DNA of 64,000 nt from an uncultured delta proteobacterium (lineage in GTDB: Bacteria > Desulfobacterota > Zymogenia > Zymogenales > Zymogenaceae). The stretch covers positions 352,001-416,000 of the forward strand of contig CAVTLK010000004.1 of assembly GCA_963735595.1 (NCBI GenBank), in the 5' to 3' direction. A program made the position numbers and the translations under genes. Each line of letters starts with the position of its first letter. Position 1 is the stretch's first letter. Of the stretch, positions 30,987 through 40,992 are shown one piece after another. The notes under the pieces are model-generated. The model ran no database searches, was not told the DNA's origin, and saw only the letters and a list, made by a program, of their open reading frames with translations.

Positions 30987-31814
30987 ATGAACCGATACCT
31001 TTTTAAGTTAGCTTTCTTATATCCCCGGATCTATTCGTTCATCGCTTATCACCGGGAGAAGAAACGTAAAAAAGAATACGAGGATAACGTAAAGCTGTTT
31101 TATGACAGCGATTCGAACCCTCGGGAGTATCGTCGGATCATCAGGGGTATGTTTGAGCTGAGGGGAACCAGGAGGATGCAGCGATATCTCATCCCCTACT
31201 TCGATGCGCGTTTTATCGAGCAGTTTGTGGAGATAGAGGGCCAGGACATACTGGATCGCGCATTAGCGGAAGGAAGGGGAGTCGTTCTCCTTTCGGCGCA
31301 TCTTGGGAATCTCAATTTCGGGCTTAGCGTCTTGAGGAAACTGGGATATAAGGTAAGCTTCCTGAAGGGTGGCAATCCTGAAAAGCGGAGATCCAGAAAT
31401 GCTCTGTATGTCAATCCTCACGCGTATTCAATCTACATATCCAAACCTCCTGTTTCGGATAGCACAAAGGAGAAGATCCGAGAAACCCTTCATTCGGGCA
31501 ATATAGTCTACTACACCGTGGATTCGGCATGGGGGAGAAGAAAGGCGATAGTCCCTTTCCGTGGGCGAAGGATCGGTATCCCGACCGGCATGATCTATTT
31601 CGCCCGGAGCGCCGATGCCACCATTGTACCCTTCTTTCAGCTATACCGGCACGGAAACATCAAGCTGATATTCAAGGAACCTATCGACGGCCGATGGAAA
31701 CAGGGCGAACGGGACTATGACCGTGTCATCGAGGAGTTCGCACGAATACTCGAGTCATATGTTTCTGCATACCCGAACGAGTATTACGGGAATGTCCGGT
31801 TCATGGTGTCTTAG
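30987..31814 (+). CDS. LpxL-like lysophospholipid/lipid A acyltransferase family protein
   Basis: VEIEGQDILDRALAEGRGVVLLSAHLGN, VPFRG, ADATIVP, LESYVSAYPNEY. Confidence 0.75.
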   Translation: MNRYLFKLAFLYPRIYSFIAYHREKKRKKEYEDNVKLFYDSDSNPREYRRIIRGMFELRGTRRMQRYLIPYFDARFIEQFVEIEGQDILDRALAEGRGVVLLSAHLGNLNFGLSVLRKLGYKVSFLKGGNPEKRRSRNALYVNPHAYSIYISKPPVSDSTKEKIRETLHSGNIVYYTVDSAWGRRKAIVPFRGRRIGIPTGMIYFARSADATIVPFFQLYRHGNIKLIFKEPIDGRWKQGERDYDRVIEEFARILESYVSAYPNEYYGNVRFMVS

Positions 31815-32111
31815 ACGTTGGCCGCCTGCCGTTTGAAACGCGTTCGTTAGCAGATTCCCCCGTCTCCCGTCCCTCCCGGAAACCTCCCCTATTATCGTGA
31901 TACGCCGGAGCCTCTGCGGCATCTAAATAAGTACGGGGAGGAATACCCGCCCGGGTGTAAAACTCCGCATAAGCCGATATGCGAGATCGACCTGGTTATG
32001 ATCGGCGGAGTGTGAAAATCCCGGTCAATGGGAAAAGGAACGGTAGACCGCCCGGGATCGCTATATGGGACCCAACGAGCGGACGTTCAACGGAAGGAAA
32101 GGAGGACGAAC

Positions 32112-33152
32112 ATGAAAAACCTAAAAGAAAATAAAGACGAATTAACCATTATCCGGGTATTCGATGCGCCGCGCGGGCTGGTATGGGAGGCCTGGACGGA
32201 GCCCGAGAACGTCAAGCTCTGGTGGGGCCCGAAAGACTTCACGTCACCGGTAAACAAGATCGATCTGCGGGTCGGAGGGAAGTACCTCAACTGCATGCGG
32301 TCTCCCGATGGTAAGGACTACTGGAGCACCGGCGTTTACCGGGAGATCCTGGAGCCCGAGCGGCTCGTCTTAACCGATTCGTTTGCCGACCCGGCGGGTA
32401 ACGTCGTGCCGGCAACGTACTACGGCATGGGTACCGATCTGCCGACGGAGATGCTGGTAACGGTCACATTCGAAGAGGAAGCGGGTAAAACAAAGATGAT
32501 ACTGAGGCATGAAGGCTTCCCGCCGGGAGAGATGGCTGAAATGGCGAAACAGGGATGGAGCGAATCCTTCGACAAACTGGCCAAGAGCCTGAAAAAGCTA
32601 CGGCGGGTAGGCGGTACCTCAAAGACCCGGTTTACTGCCGAAGCGGGGAAACCGGAAATAACGGCCACCCGCGTCTTTGACGCACCGCGGGAGCTGGTGT
32701 TCGCGGCATCCATCGACCCGGAGCTCATCCCGCGCTGGTGGGGGCCTCGAATCCTTAAGACCACCGTGGAGAAGATGGACGTTCGGCCGGGCGGATTGTG
32801 GCGGTTCATCCAGCGCGACCCGGAGGGCAACGAGTACGCGTTTAACGGCGAGTACCACGAGGTAGTACCGCCCGAGAGGCTCGTACAGACGTTTGAATTC
32901 GAGGGGATGCAGGGCCATATTTCGGTCGAGACGGCGATGTTTGAGGAGATCGGAGGCAGAACAAGGCTTACGGAAAAAGCGGTTTTCGGGTCGGCCGAGG
33001 AGCGGGACGGGGCACTCAATTCCGGTATGGAATCGGGGTGGGCCGAAAGCTACGACCGTCTCGCAGAGCTGCTAAAGAAAGAGAAAACGTCGATTAAAAA
33101 GGACGTACGGAAGGCCGTCAAACCAAAACAACGTCGCAGCATGGCACGGTGA
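32112..33152 (+). CDS. Tandem double SRPBCC (AHSA1-like) domain protein
   Basis: Two copies of RVFDAPR-LV...WWGP...D-R-GG...PERLV-T...GW-ES-D-LA. GGAGG precedes ATG 32112. Confidence 0.88.
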   Translation: MKNLKENKDELTIIRVFDAPRGLVWEAWTEPENVKLWWGPKDFTSPVNKIDLRVGGKYLNCMRSPDGKDYWSTGVYREILEPERLVLTDSFADPAGNVVPATYYGMGTDLPTEMLVTVTFEEEAGKTKMILRHEGFPPGEMAEMAKQGWSESFDKLAKSLKKLRRVGGTSKTRFTAEAGKPEITATRVFDAPRELVFAASIDPELIPRWWGPRILKTTVEKMDVRPGGLWRFIQRDPEGNEYAFNGEYHEVVPPERLVQTFEFEGMQGHISVETAMFEEIGGRTRLTEKAVFGSAEERDGALNSGMESGWAESYDRLAELLKKEKTSIKKDVRKAVKPKQRRSMAR

Positions 33153-33169
33153 CGAAACGGCGCGTCTAC

Positions 33170-33203
33170 AAGGGCCCGACCCTTCTCAGGCCGGGCCTTT
33201 TTT
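33170..33203 (+). terminator. Intrinsic terminator
   Basis: AGGGCCCG/CGGGCCTT stem followed by a T-run. Confidence 0.7.
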
Positions 33204-33416
33204 ACGTACCTCGAAGTGGTAAGAAGGTACAATGCCCATCCCGGCCCTCAAATCCGGCACGCACCGCGTTTGTCGACTCGGCGTTGTCGGCCAGGCCGTC
33301 ATCCTTTTGACAAGCGTTGTTCGGGAGGCAATTCCCGTCTTTTATGCTTGCCTATTGCCGATAAAAAACACTATAATTACGAGGTATTTAGAAAAATAAC
33401 GGCGTAAAGGGAGAAT

Positions 33417-34808
33417 ATGAAAAAGGCGATATTCTCGACGGTAAAAAAGGCGCTGACCCGTTTCCTGACGATGACGATCTTCAGGTCCGGCAACAAGGAG
33501 ATCGCGATTGACCGCCTCGTGGAGCGGGAGGTCAAGACCATCAGCCTGATCTACCAGACGCTCAAAGAACGGGGCGTGCTGGTGCGGGTCTCCGCGCTGA
33601 CGTTTACGACCCTCATCTCCCTTATCCCGATGCTGGCCTTCGTCTTTTCGCTCCTTTCGGCCTTCAGGGTGAGCCAGCAGGTCAAGGAATACCTGCTTAT
33701 GAACCTGACGCTGGGCCGCAGCGACCTGGCGCAGGCGATGCTGTCTTCCGTCCAAAACACGAATTTTGCAACCCTCGGATTAATCGGCTTCTTTGTCACC
33801 TTCTGGGCCTTTGTGGTGACGCTGGCCTCGCTCGAGACCACCATCAACGATATCTGGGGCATCAGTGACCGCCGGCCGCTGGTATTCCGCATGTCGTACT
33901 ATACGACGATTACGGTCCTGTTCCCGGTCATGATCCTGGGCTCCATCGGTGTGACCACGGCGCTGGAGAGCGCCGTTATCCTCAAGGAGCTTTCCCGCCT
34001 GGCCTGGTTCACCGAGCTCTTCCGGGGATTCATGCGGTTTCTCCCGTACCTCGTGGTCTGGGCGCTGTTTGCCTTCATGTATAAGGTAATACCCAACACC
34101 AGGGTCCGGCTCTTGTCGGCCGTGTTCGGGGCGCTGGTCGGCGGCACCCTCTGGCAGCTGGCGCTTTATTTCTACGCGAAGTTCCAGGTGGGGCTGGCCA
34201 ACTATAACCTGATCTATTCGAGCTTCGCCTCGCTCCCCTTCTTTATGTTCTGGCTCTTTGTCAGCTGGTTGATGGTGATACTCGGCGCCGTTACGGCGTA
34301 CGTCCATCAGAACTACCGGAGCTTTCGCCTTGATGCGGCGGCTTCACGTGTCAGCTTCTCGTTCTTAGAGCGGCTGGCGCTCAGGGTGTTCATGGCGGTG
34401 AGCTCGAACTTCTTTGAGGGGAGACGCCCTATCTCCGTTGACGAGATCTCGAGGCTACTGAACGCCCCAGTCCATCTGATCAATAACGTGCTCTTCATCC
34501 TCAGAGACGAGGGACTTATCATCGCCGTGGGCGAGGATGAGGGGAGGTACCTTCCGGCCAAAGACCTGGGCAGGATTACGCTGATCGACTTCCTGACGGC
34601 GCTACGCCGGCATGGGGAAAATCCCGACGAGATGATCTCCGAGCAGGAGAGGCCGTTCCTGGATGAGACGATCGATGCGATGCTGCGCGGCAGCGCAGCC
34701 GACTACGGCGCGGTCACCTTTGCGACGCTCTGTAAGCAGCACGCGGCCGAGTTCCTGAAGCGGCGGGGAGACAGGGGGTCGCAGTCAAAGGGAGGAAGGG
34801 GCCGATGA
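33417..34808 (+). CDS. YihY/BrkB-family membrane protein with a C-terminal winged-helix domain
   Basis: SALTFTTLISLIP, ETTINDIWG, YKVIPNTRV, IYSSFASLP, then a soluble Rrf2-like tail. Confidence 0.88.
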   Translation: MKKAIFSTVKKALTRFLTMTIFRSGNKEIAIDRLVEREVKTISLIYQTLKERGVLVRVSALTFTTLISLIPMLAFVFSLLSAFRVSQQVKEYLLMNLTLGRSDLAQAMLSSVQNTNFATLGLIGFFVTFWAFVVTLASLETTINDIWGISDRRPLVFRMSYYTTITVLFPVMILGSIGVTTALESAVILKELSRLAWFTELFRGFMRFLPYLVVWALFAFMYKVIPNTRVRLLSAVFGALVGGTLWQLALYFYAKFQVGLANYNLIYSSFASLPFFMFWLFVSWLMVILGAVTAYVHQNYRSFRLDAAASRVSFSFLERLALRVFMAVSSNFFEGRRPISVDEISRLLNAPVHLINNVLFILRDEGLIIAVGEDEGRYLPAKDLGRITLIDFLTALRRHGENPDEMISEQERPFLDETIDAMLRGSAADYGAVTFATLCKQHAAEFLKRRGDRGSQSKGGRGR

Positions 34809-35011
34809 GGGATCACAAACCCGGCAATCCCGTGAAAGGGGGGGACAGTGTCCGGACCGGCCGGCCGCCCTACGAAAAACCGCTTGTGCCGGGAGACCCT
34901 CCGGTCCCGGTTTGCCTCGGTGAGTTCGGGCTCGACGAGGCCCGGGATTTCCGGCCGCTCTGGGAGACAACCTGGTCACAGGACGCACGCGGGAAGGCCG
35001 TAAGGAAGTGA
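34805..35011 (+). CDS. Possible small protein (68 aa)
   Basis: ATGA overlap with the yihY stop and purine-rich GGAGGAAGGGG upstream; no family recognised. Confidence 0.35.
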   Translation: MRDHKPGNPVKGGDSVRTGRPPYEKPLVPGDPPVPVCLGEFGLDEARDFRPLWETTWSQDARGKAVRK

Positions 35012-35160
35012 AATCATCATAGATCGTCCCGTTTATTTCTTACCTAACAGACCAATCGCTGGAACTATATTTTCCTCACGTGGTCAAAAAAGCACTGGAC
35101 ACACGTCCCGTTGTGTGCTATATAAAAAGATGGGGCATATCCTTCTTATAGTGACGGCGC

Positions 35161-35805
35161 ATGCAGAAAGCCAGATACATCGTGCTGGAAGGCCCCATTG
35201 GTGTGGGGAAGACTTCGTTGGCTTCCCGGCTGGCCGAGGAATTCGAGGCCAGGACGCTCTTTGAGAATGTCGAAGAGAACCCGTTCTTACAGGAATTCTA
35301 TCACGATCGAAAAAAGAACGCGTTCAAGACACAGCTCTATTTTCTCCTTTCCCGGTACCAGCAGCAGATCGATCTCGTACAGACCGATCTCTTTCAAAAG
35401 ACGGCCGTCGGCGATTACCTGTTTGCCAAGGACCGCATCTTTGCGCACCTCAACCTCGACCGGGATGAACTCTACCTCTACGATGAGCTGTATCGGATTC
35501 TAAGCCCCCGTATCCCTAAGCCCGATTTGGTTATCTACCTGTCGGCCGATATCGAGATCCTCAAGAAACGGATTCGGGGGAGGGCCAAGCCGTACGAGAG
35601 AAGCCTGGACATGTCCTACCTCTCGCGCGTAATCGCGGCCTATAACGATTTCTTTTTTCAGTACGACGAGACGCCGCTTCTGGTTATCTCCACCACGAAC
35701 ATTGATTTTGTATCCAGAGACAGCGATTTCAGGCAGCTCGTCAAGGAGATCAGGGAATTTAAGACGGGAACCCAATACTTCGTGCCGCTTGGATCCACTC
35801 CGTAA
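35161..35805 (+). CDS. Deoxynucleoside kinase
   Basis: EGPIGVGKT, ENPFL, QLYFLLSR, KDRIFA, PDLVIYL; usual position upstream of panB. Confidence 0.92.
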   Translation: MQKARYIVLEGPIGVGKTSLASRLAEEFEARTLFENVEENPFLQEFYHDRKKNAFKTQLYFLLSRYQQQIDLVQTDLFQKTAVGDYLFAKDRIFAHLNLDRDELYLYDELYRILSPRIPKPDLVIYLSADIEILKKRIRGRAKPYERSLDMSYLSRVIAAYNDFFFQYDETPLLVISTTNIDFVSRDSDFRQLVKEIREFKTGTQYFVPLGSTP

Positions 35806-35812
35806 CCCGGAA

Positions 35813-36082
35813 GGCGAAAGGCAACGGATGAGGCAGATTCGCCTCTTTCGGATGTTTTTTCCCGTTCGGGCGATTGGGGGACTGGGACGGAAGAGAAGGA
35901 TGGGCTACGCTGAGACGAAGAAAACGGCAACTCCGCTCATAGGCACTGACGGGCCGGTGACGACAACCGCCCGCGGGCTTTTGTTTCGTACGCCGGGATT
36001 GCCTTTCGTCGTTCTGCGATAGAACCATAATCAAATCCAAACCCCCGTGTCCGGTCCTTTAACGGCACGGGGGTTTTTATTT
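35813..36082 (+). ncRNA. Structured panBCD leader (candidate pan-motif attenuator)
   Basis: 12-bp closing helix 35813-35824/35999-36010, terminator 36039-36082, and segment 35876-35890 complementary to 36045-36060. Confidence 0.55.
36039..36082 (+). terminator. Intrinsic terminator upstream of panB
   Basis: AAACCCCCGTG(T)CCG-loop-CGGCACGGGGGTTTTTATTT. Confidence 0.8.
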
Positions 36083-36200
36083 GAGGGCCACCTATTTTCG
36101 CTTTGTACCGGACCCGCCGTGAAAGAGGAACGATGATCCCTTGTTTACCCAGGTGGATTTACAGTATAAATAAACCTATCTTGATATCAGGACGGGGACC

Positions 36201-37013
36201 ATGAGCCAGGAAAAAGTAACTATTCTCGATCTCGGCCGTATGAAGACCGAGGGCAGCAAGATCACGATGATCACGGCCTACGACTATCCTTTTGCGCGGG
36301 TATTCTCGGACGCCGGCATCGACGTGATCCTCGTGGGAGACAGCGTCGGCAACGTCTTTTCCGGGTACGATTCCACCCTCCCGGTCACGATGGACGAGAT
36401 GGTCTATCACACCCGGGCGGTGGCCCGGGCCAATCCCCGGGCGCTCGTCGTCGGCGACATGCCGTTCATGAGCTACCATGCCTCAACCGAGGAGGCGATA
36501 CGAAACGCCGGGCGGTTTCTCAAGGAGGGCGGCGCACAGACGGTTAAGCTGGAGGGCGGCGTCAACATCAGGGAGCGGATCAAGGCAATCACCGATATGG
36601 ATATACCGGTAATGGGCCACATCGGTCTCACCCCGCAGTCGGTTCACCGGATGGGGGGGTTCAAGGTCCAGGGAAAGGATGAGAAAAGCCGCAAAAAGCT
36701 CATAGAAGACGCCCAGGCCGTAGAGGAGGCCGGGGCCTATGCGGTCGTGCTGGAGGCCATGCCCGCGGATCTGGCCAAGGATATCACCGGGATGCTCTCG
36801 ATTCCCACGATCGGTATCGGTGCTGGAGTCAACTGTGACGGGCAGGTGCTGGTCATGCACGATATCCTGGGTCTCGCCTTCGGCAAGAGGCCCAAGTTCG
36901 TCAAGGAATACGGGAACCTCAAAGAAGCGGCCGATAATTACGTAAGGGCGTTCATTGCCGAGGTACGGGAGGGTCGTTTCCCGACCGCGGAATATACGTA
37001 CGAGGTCAAGTAA
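36201..37013 (+). CDS. panB: 3-methyl-2-oxobutanoate hydroxymethyltransferase
   Basis: [37 protein letters not shown]. Confidence 0.97.
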   Translation: MSQEKVTILDLGRMKTEGSKITMITAYDYPFARVFSDAGIDVILVGDSVGNVFSGYDSTLPVTMDEMVYHTRAVARANPRALVVGDMPFMSYHASTEEAIRNAGRFLKEGGAQTVKLEGGVNIRERIKAITDMDIPVMGHIGLTPQSVHRMGGFKVQGKDEKSRKKLIEDAQAVEEAGAYAVVLEAMPADLAKDITGMLSIPTIGIGAGVNCDGQVLVMHDILGLAFGKRPKFVKEYGNLKEAADNYVRAFIAEVREGRFPTAEYTYEVK

Positions 37014-37077
37014 CCGGGAGCCGGCACCGCGGCCGTTTCAGATACGCGGCGGGGGGCGGTTCCTACGGAGAGTGCGC

Positions 37078-37941
37078 ATGGAGATAATCGAGCGGATCAA
37101 GGATATGCAGGCCTACTCCCAGGACCTGCGCGTGGAGGGGAAGGTAATCTCCTTCGTCCCCACGATGGGATATCTCCACGAGGGGCACCTGTCCCTCATG
37201 AAGGAAGGGAGAAAGCGGGCGGACGTGCTGGTGGTATCGGTTTTCGTCAATCCCACCCAATTCGGCCCGAACGAGGACCTGAGTAAATATCCTCGGGACT
37301 TCGAGCGCGACAGGGCGATGATGGAATCCGTCGGGGTGGACGTTGTGTTTGCACCGACGGGGGAGGAAATGTACCCGGACGGCTACCAGACCTACCTGGA
37401 GGTGGAGGAAGTAACAAGGAACCTCTGCGGAATGAGCCGACCCGGGCATTTCAGGGGCGTCGCCACGGTATGCGCGAAGCTATTTCACTGCGTGCTGCCG
37501 CACATCGCCCTCTTCGGCAGAAAGGACTTTCAGCAGCTCAGGGTAATCGAGCGCATGGTCAAGGACATGAACATGGACGTGGGCATCATCGGTATGCCGA
37601 TCGTGCGGGAGCCGGACGGCCTGGCGATGAGCTCCCGGAACAAGTACCTTAATCCCAAGGAGCGTAAAGCGGCCCTTTGCCTGGTCAAGGCGATAACCGC
37701 AAGCCGGGAGCTCTTCGAAAATGGCGAGCGGCGTGTTGGGGCGCTGATGGACCGGGCCGTCGGCGTGGTCATGAACGAGGAGGCGGCCCGCATTGACTAT
37801 ATACGATTGGCTCATACCGAAACGCTCAATGATCTGGTCGGCGTTGTATGGGACAGGGCGCTTCTGGCCCTGGCGGTCCATATTGGTCCGACCCGCCTCA
37901 TTGACAACACCGTTCTGGGGGAGGAATTCGAACAATGTTGA
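37078..37941 (+). CDS. panC: Pantoate-beta-alanine ligase
   Basis: [38 protein letters not shown]; start set at ATG 37078. Confidence 0.97.
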   Translation: MEIIERIKDMQAYSQDLRVEGKVISFVPTMGYLHEGHLSLMKEGRKRADVLVVSVFVNPTQFGPNEDLSKYPRDFERDRAMMESVGVDVVFAPTGEEMYPDGYQTYLEVEEVTRNLCGMSRPGHFRGVATVCAKLFHCVLPHIALFGRKDFQQLRVIERMVKDMNMDVGIIGMPIVREPDGLAMSSRNKYLNPKERKAALCLVKAITASRELFENGERRVGALMDRAVGVVMNEEAARIDYIRLAHTETLNDLVGVVWDRALLALAVHIGPTRLIDNTVLGEEFEQC

Positions 37942-38333
37942 GGTCAATTTGCAAATCGAAAATACACCGTGCCACGGTGACGTGCGCGAACATCAACTAT
38001 GAAGGAAGCATTACCATCGATCGCGACCTGATGGACGCCGCCGACCTCATCCCCTACGAGGAGGTCTGGGTCTACGACCTGACCAACGGTAACCGCCTGC
38101 AGACCTATGTCATCGAGGGGGAGGCGGGATCCGGCACCATCGGGATGAACGGCGCCGCCGCGAAGCTGGTGCACCGGGGCGACCTGGTGATCATCGTCGC
38201 CTTTGCGATGATGGAGGACGCCGAGGCCAGGAGTTATATACCCAAACACATCCTCGTTGACAATAAGAACCGGGTGGTCAAAGACCTGCTTCCCCGATAC
38301 GAGGAAATCAAGAGGATGACTGCCGTCATATAG
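37935..38333 (+). CDS. panD: Aspartate 1-decarboxylase
   Basis: [18 protein letters not shown] (Gly-Ser cleavage site), TYVI, NGAAA. Confidence 0.97.
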   Translation: MLRSICKSKIHRATVTCANINYEGSITIDRDLMDAADLIPYEEVWVYDLTNGNRLQTYVIEGEAGSGTIGMNGAAAKLVHRGDLVIIVAFAMMEDAEARSYIPKHILVDNKNRVVKDLLPRYEEIKRMTAVI

Positions 38334-38519
38334 TATCTGTCATATCACCCGGGATATACCGCGGTCATTTTAGACCGGCTCATCCGTCGGGAATGGCGCG
38401 GTGCACCTTCTGATCCCAGGGCCGGTCCCATCCTGCATGGCTGTAATCACCGCCGCATGGCACCGGCCGATGGGTACCACAAAATGCACGTTACCTTTCC
38501 TACGCTATGGAGACACACC

Positions 38520-39038
38520 ATGAAACGATCAACGCTTCCGGCCGTCATCGCCGTTATTGTATGTGCTTTCTTCATCACCGTACCGCTCTTTGCCCAGGAA
38601 ATGCACGATACCACTAACTCCAAAGAAGGCACAATCAGGGGAAGCGTCGGGATCGGGATGGGGGCGCCGGGGGGTACCTATCTGATCGTATTGCCGATCA
38701 CTATGCCCTGGATGGATACCGGTATAGACCTGGGAGCGGGCGACATTTTGACGGTCGTTGCCGCCCCGGCGAAAAACCACCCCCCCTGTGATGGGGTTAC
38801 GGACTGCCCCCCCTACTGCCGGCCCGATGCCGTCATCGCCGATGGTGCGCTGGGCAACGGGCTCACCGCACTGGTGGGACGTGTCGGGGATAAAGGCGGG
38901 TCGTTTTCGATAGGCAAGCGGTACGACGGTTCGATATCCGACGCCGGGAGGCTCTATATCGGGTATAACGACTGTTGGACCTGCTGGGGTGATAATACCG
39001 GGGCATTTGAGGTGACTATCGGGGTGACCAGGAAATAG
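38520..39038 (+). CDS. Exported protein with a LecA/PA-IL-like lectin domain
   Basis: Signal peptide; WMDTGIDL-GD, ALVGRVG, F-IG, GRLYIGYND-W-DNTGAFEVTI. Confidence 0.6.
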   Translation: MKRSTLPAVIAVIVCAFFITVPLFAQEMHDTTNSKEGTIRGSVGIGMGAPGGTYLIVLPITMPWMDTGIDLGAGDILTVVAAPAKNHPPCDGVTDCPPYCRPDAVIADGALGNGLTALVGRVGDKGGSFSIGKRYDGSISDAGRLYIGYNDCWTCWGDNTGAFEVTIGVTRK

Positions 39039-39550
39039 CGCGTCGGCCGATACGACGATATTCGTCCCGCTCCTGCCGATCGGGCATGATACGTAGGTAC
39101 CGTTTGAGGACCCGGTACCGGCGTGCCGTGCCCGTTTCTTTGTTCCTTCTGCGATCGTCCGCGATAAATAATCCCGACGGATTTGATAATGTAATAGCAA
39201 AATTTTTCTTGACTTTTCGTCCACAGTTGGTATTAGATTATTCAGAGCCCTTTTTACTCGGGCAGCTGTGATGAAGGGCGGCCGGTGCGCGTGCCGACGG
39301 CCTATCGAGACGTCTTGAATGCTTCGCGCACACCGCAAAGCGTATGCGAAGAGACCCTTCCCGACCTTCCTGTTTTGCCGGAGGTTTTTCTCACAAGGAA
39401 GCGCACCGTCACGGCCGGGGCGGCCTTTTCCCGTCGCTTACGAATACGGATACACCTTTCTCGCCGGATATCCTGGATAAGGATCAGCAGCCTGGATCGA
39501 TAACGAAACGTCTGACTCATTTAGCAGTACGGTATCTCCGGAGGGTTGAG

Positions 39551-40183
39551 ATGGCGACAGACAGTTCCCTTACCCACGTGTCCTATAGGTCCTGCGTCGA
39601 CGCTATCGAGGACGTGCTCGGCGAAAACGGCAAGAATTCGGTCCTCCGCTTTGCAGGGCTTGAGGAGATCATTACCAATCCCGTCGATTATGATGCCGAA
39701 AAGCGCGTGCCGTACGAGTTCATAACCAAGCTATTCGTCGGCGTCAGGGACCTGCTGGGCAATCGCGGCTATGGTGTCGTTATGTTTCGCGCAGGCGGAT
39801 TTGCCGTCAGGAACATCTTGAAGCATTCGCAACCCCTTCAAAACCTGGTCGCTATGGATTTTGACCCGGTCGAAAAGCTCAAGCTTGGCTACCAGGCTTA
39901 CGTCAGAAACGCCGGATATGAACCGGAGAAGACACTCGAGTACCTTCCGGAAGAACGGCAGATTATTAACCATCGTCCCGACTGTACCGAGTGTAACGAG
40001 ATACTTGTTCATACGGAAATAGTGTCGGATATTACGAAACCCTCCTGCGCCTTTATCCGCGGCGTCCTGAAGGGGATAGGGGATTGCTTCGAGAAAGAAA
40101 TATCGGTGACGATAGACGAAGAAACGTGCCGGCTTGTCGGGGACGCCGAATGCCGGTACCGGATAACCTACCAGCTGAAGTAA
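39551..40183 (+). CDS. V4R-domain protein
   Basis: AIEDVLGENGKNSVLRFAGL; CTEC, C-FIRG, EETC-GDAEC-Y. GGAGGG precedes ATG 39551. Confidence 0.75.
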   Translation: MATDSSLTHVSYRSCVDAIEDVLGENGKNSVLRFAGLEEIITNPVDYDAEKRVPYEFITKLFVGVRDLLGNRGYGVVMFRAGGFAVRNILKHSQPLQNLVAMDFDPVEKLKLGYQAYVRNAGYEPEKTLEYLPEERQIINHRPDCTECNEILVHTEIVSDITKPSCAFIRGVLKGIGDCFEKEISVTIDEETCRLVGDAECRYRITYQLK

Positions 40184-40318
40184 CGATGGGACCGATTCGG
40201 GCGGGAGAGGGAGTCGGCGGCCGTCTCCACTCGATATGGCTGTGGAACGCTGATATAACCGCACCGGCGGCGCTTGTCACGCACCGATGATTGAATAAGA
40301 AAAGGCGGAATTAAAAAT

Positions 40319-40351
40319 AAAGAAAGGGGGGATTATATCCCCCCTTTCTTT
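40319..40351. terminator. Bidirectional intrinsic terminator
   Basis: Perfect 14-bp stem AAAGAAAGGGGGGA-ttata-TCCCCCCTTTCTTT between convergent genes. Confidence 0.85.
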
Positions 40352-40394
40352 CGATAGCGTCCTGCTAACGGTCGAAATCCTCGATCCAGCGTAC

Positions 40395-40592
40395 TTATTC
40401 CGATTCACGTCTCCGTCGCATTGACTTGATTGACCGCTTCTTAGCCTCAGCCCTTTTGCGTTTCTTCTTGACGCTCGGTTTCTCGTAGAAACGGCGTTCT
40501 TTCATCTCCTTGAAAAACCCGCTCTTGGCCAGCTTGTTCTTCAGGATCTTAATCGCCTTTTCTATGTCTTTGTCGAGAACCTTTACCTCCAA
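40395..40592 (-). CDS. rpsU: 30S ribosomal protein S21
   Basis: IEKAIKILK, RRFYEKPSVKKKRK; TTG start after GGGAGGTG. Confidence 0.95.
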   Translation of the reverse strand: MEVKVLDKDIEKAIKILKNKLAKSGFFKEMKERRFYEKPSVKKKRKRAEAKKRSIKSMRRRRESE

Positions 40593-40992
40593 CGACCGTC
40601 ACCTCCCCTCTCGTTTCTATAGGTTTCTATAGGATTATACCCGCAAGAGCGAATAAAAAAACAAACTTCTTTTTATCATATTGTTTTAGATAAATCAAGG
40701 TTTTTTTGCAGCGTACAGGCCCAACGCGAAGGCATAGGGAAATACCAGGAAGACACGTTACGGGATTTACCGAGGTTACCCGGTTACGGTACAGAAAAGC
40801 CCGGTATGCCTGTCCCCTTGACAGGGCGGCGTAAGTCTGTTATTTTATATAAAAATGAGTACCTTAGACCTTTTATGCAACCGGCCGCCGTTCGTAGAAG
40901 ATATGCTCCCACGTGACGGCGCCTGACGATGCCCAAACAAGGGTCTGCCCGTAGCTCGTAGCAGGGCGCCGGCCGTTGACGTCACCGCGCCC

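Noticed and set aside
35060..35080. NrdR box upstream of the deoxynucleoside kinase (GAACTATATTTTCCTC)
   Set aside because: Lacks the conserved right-half G and has no partner box at the expected spacing.
35813..36010. 6S RNA
   Set aside because: Size and closing stem fit, but I could not build a single rod with a central bubble and the usual zapA/ygfA context is absent. It is kept as a pan leader candidate pending cmscan.
40886..40921. preQ1-I riboswitch before queH (GTTCG...TCCCACGT)
   Set aside because: The P1 5' strand needed to pair with CCACG and the A-rich 3' tail are both missing.
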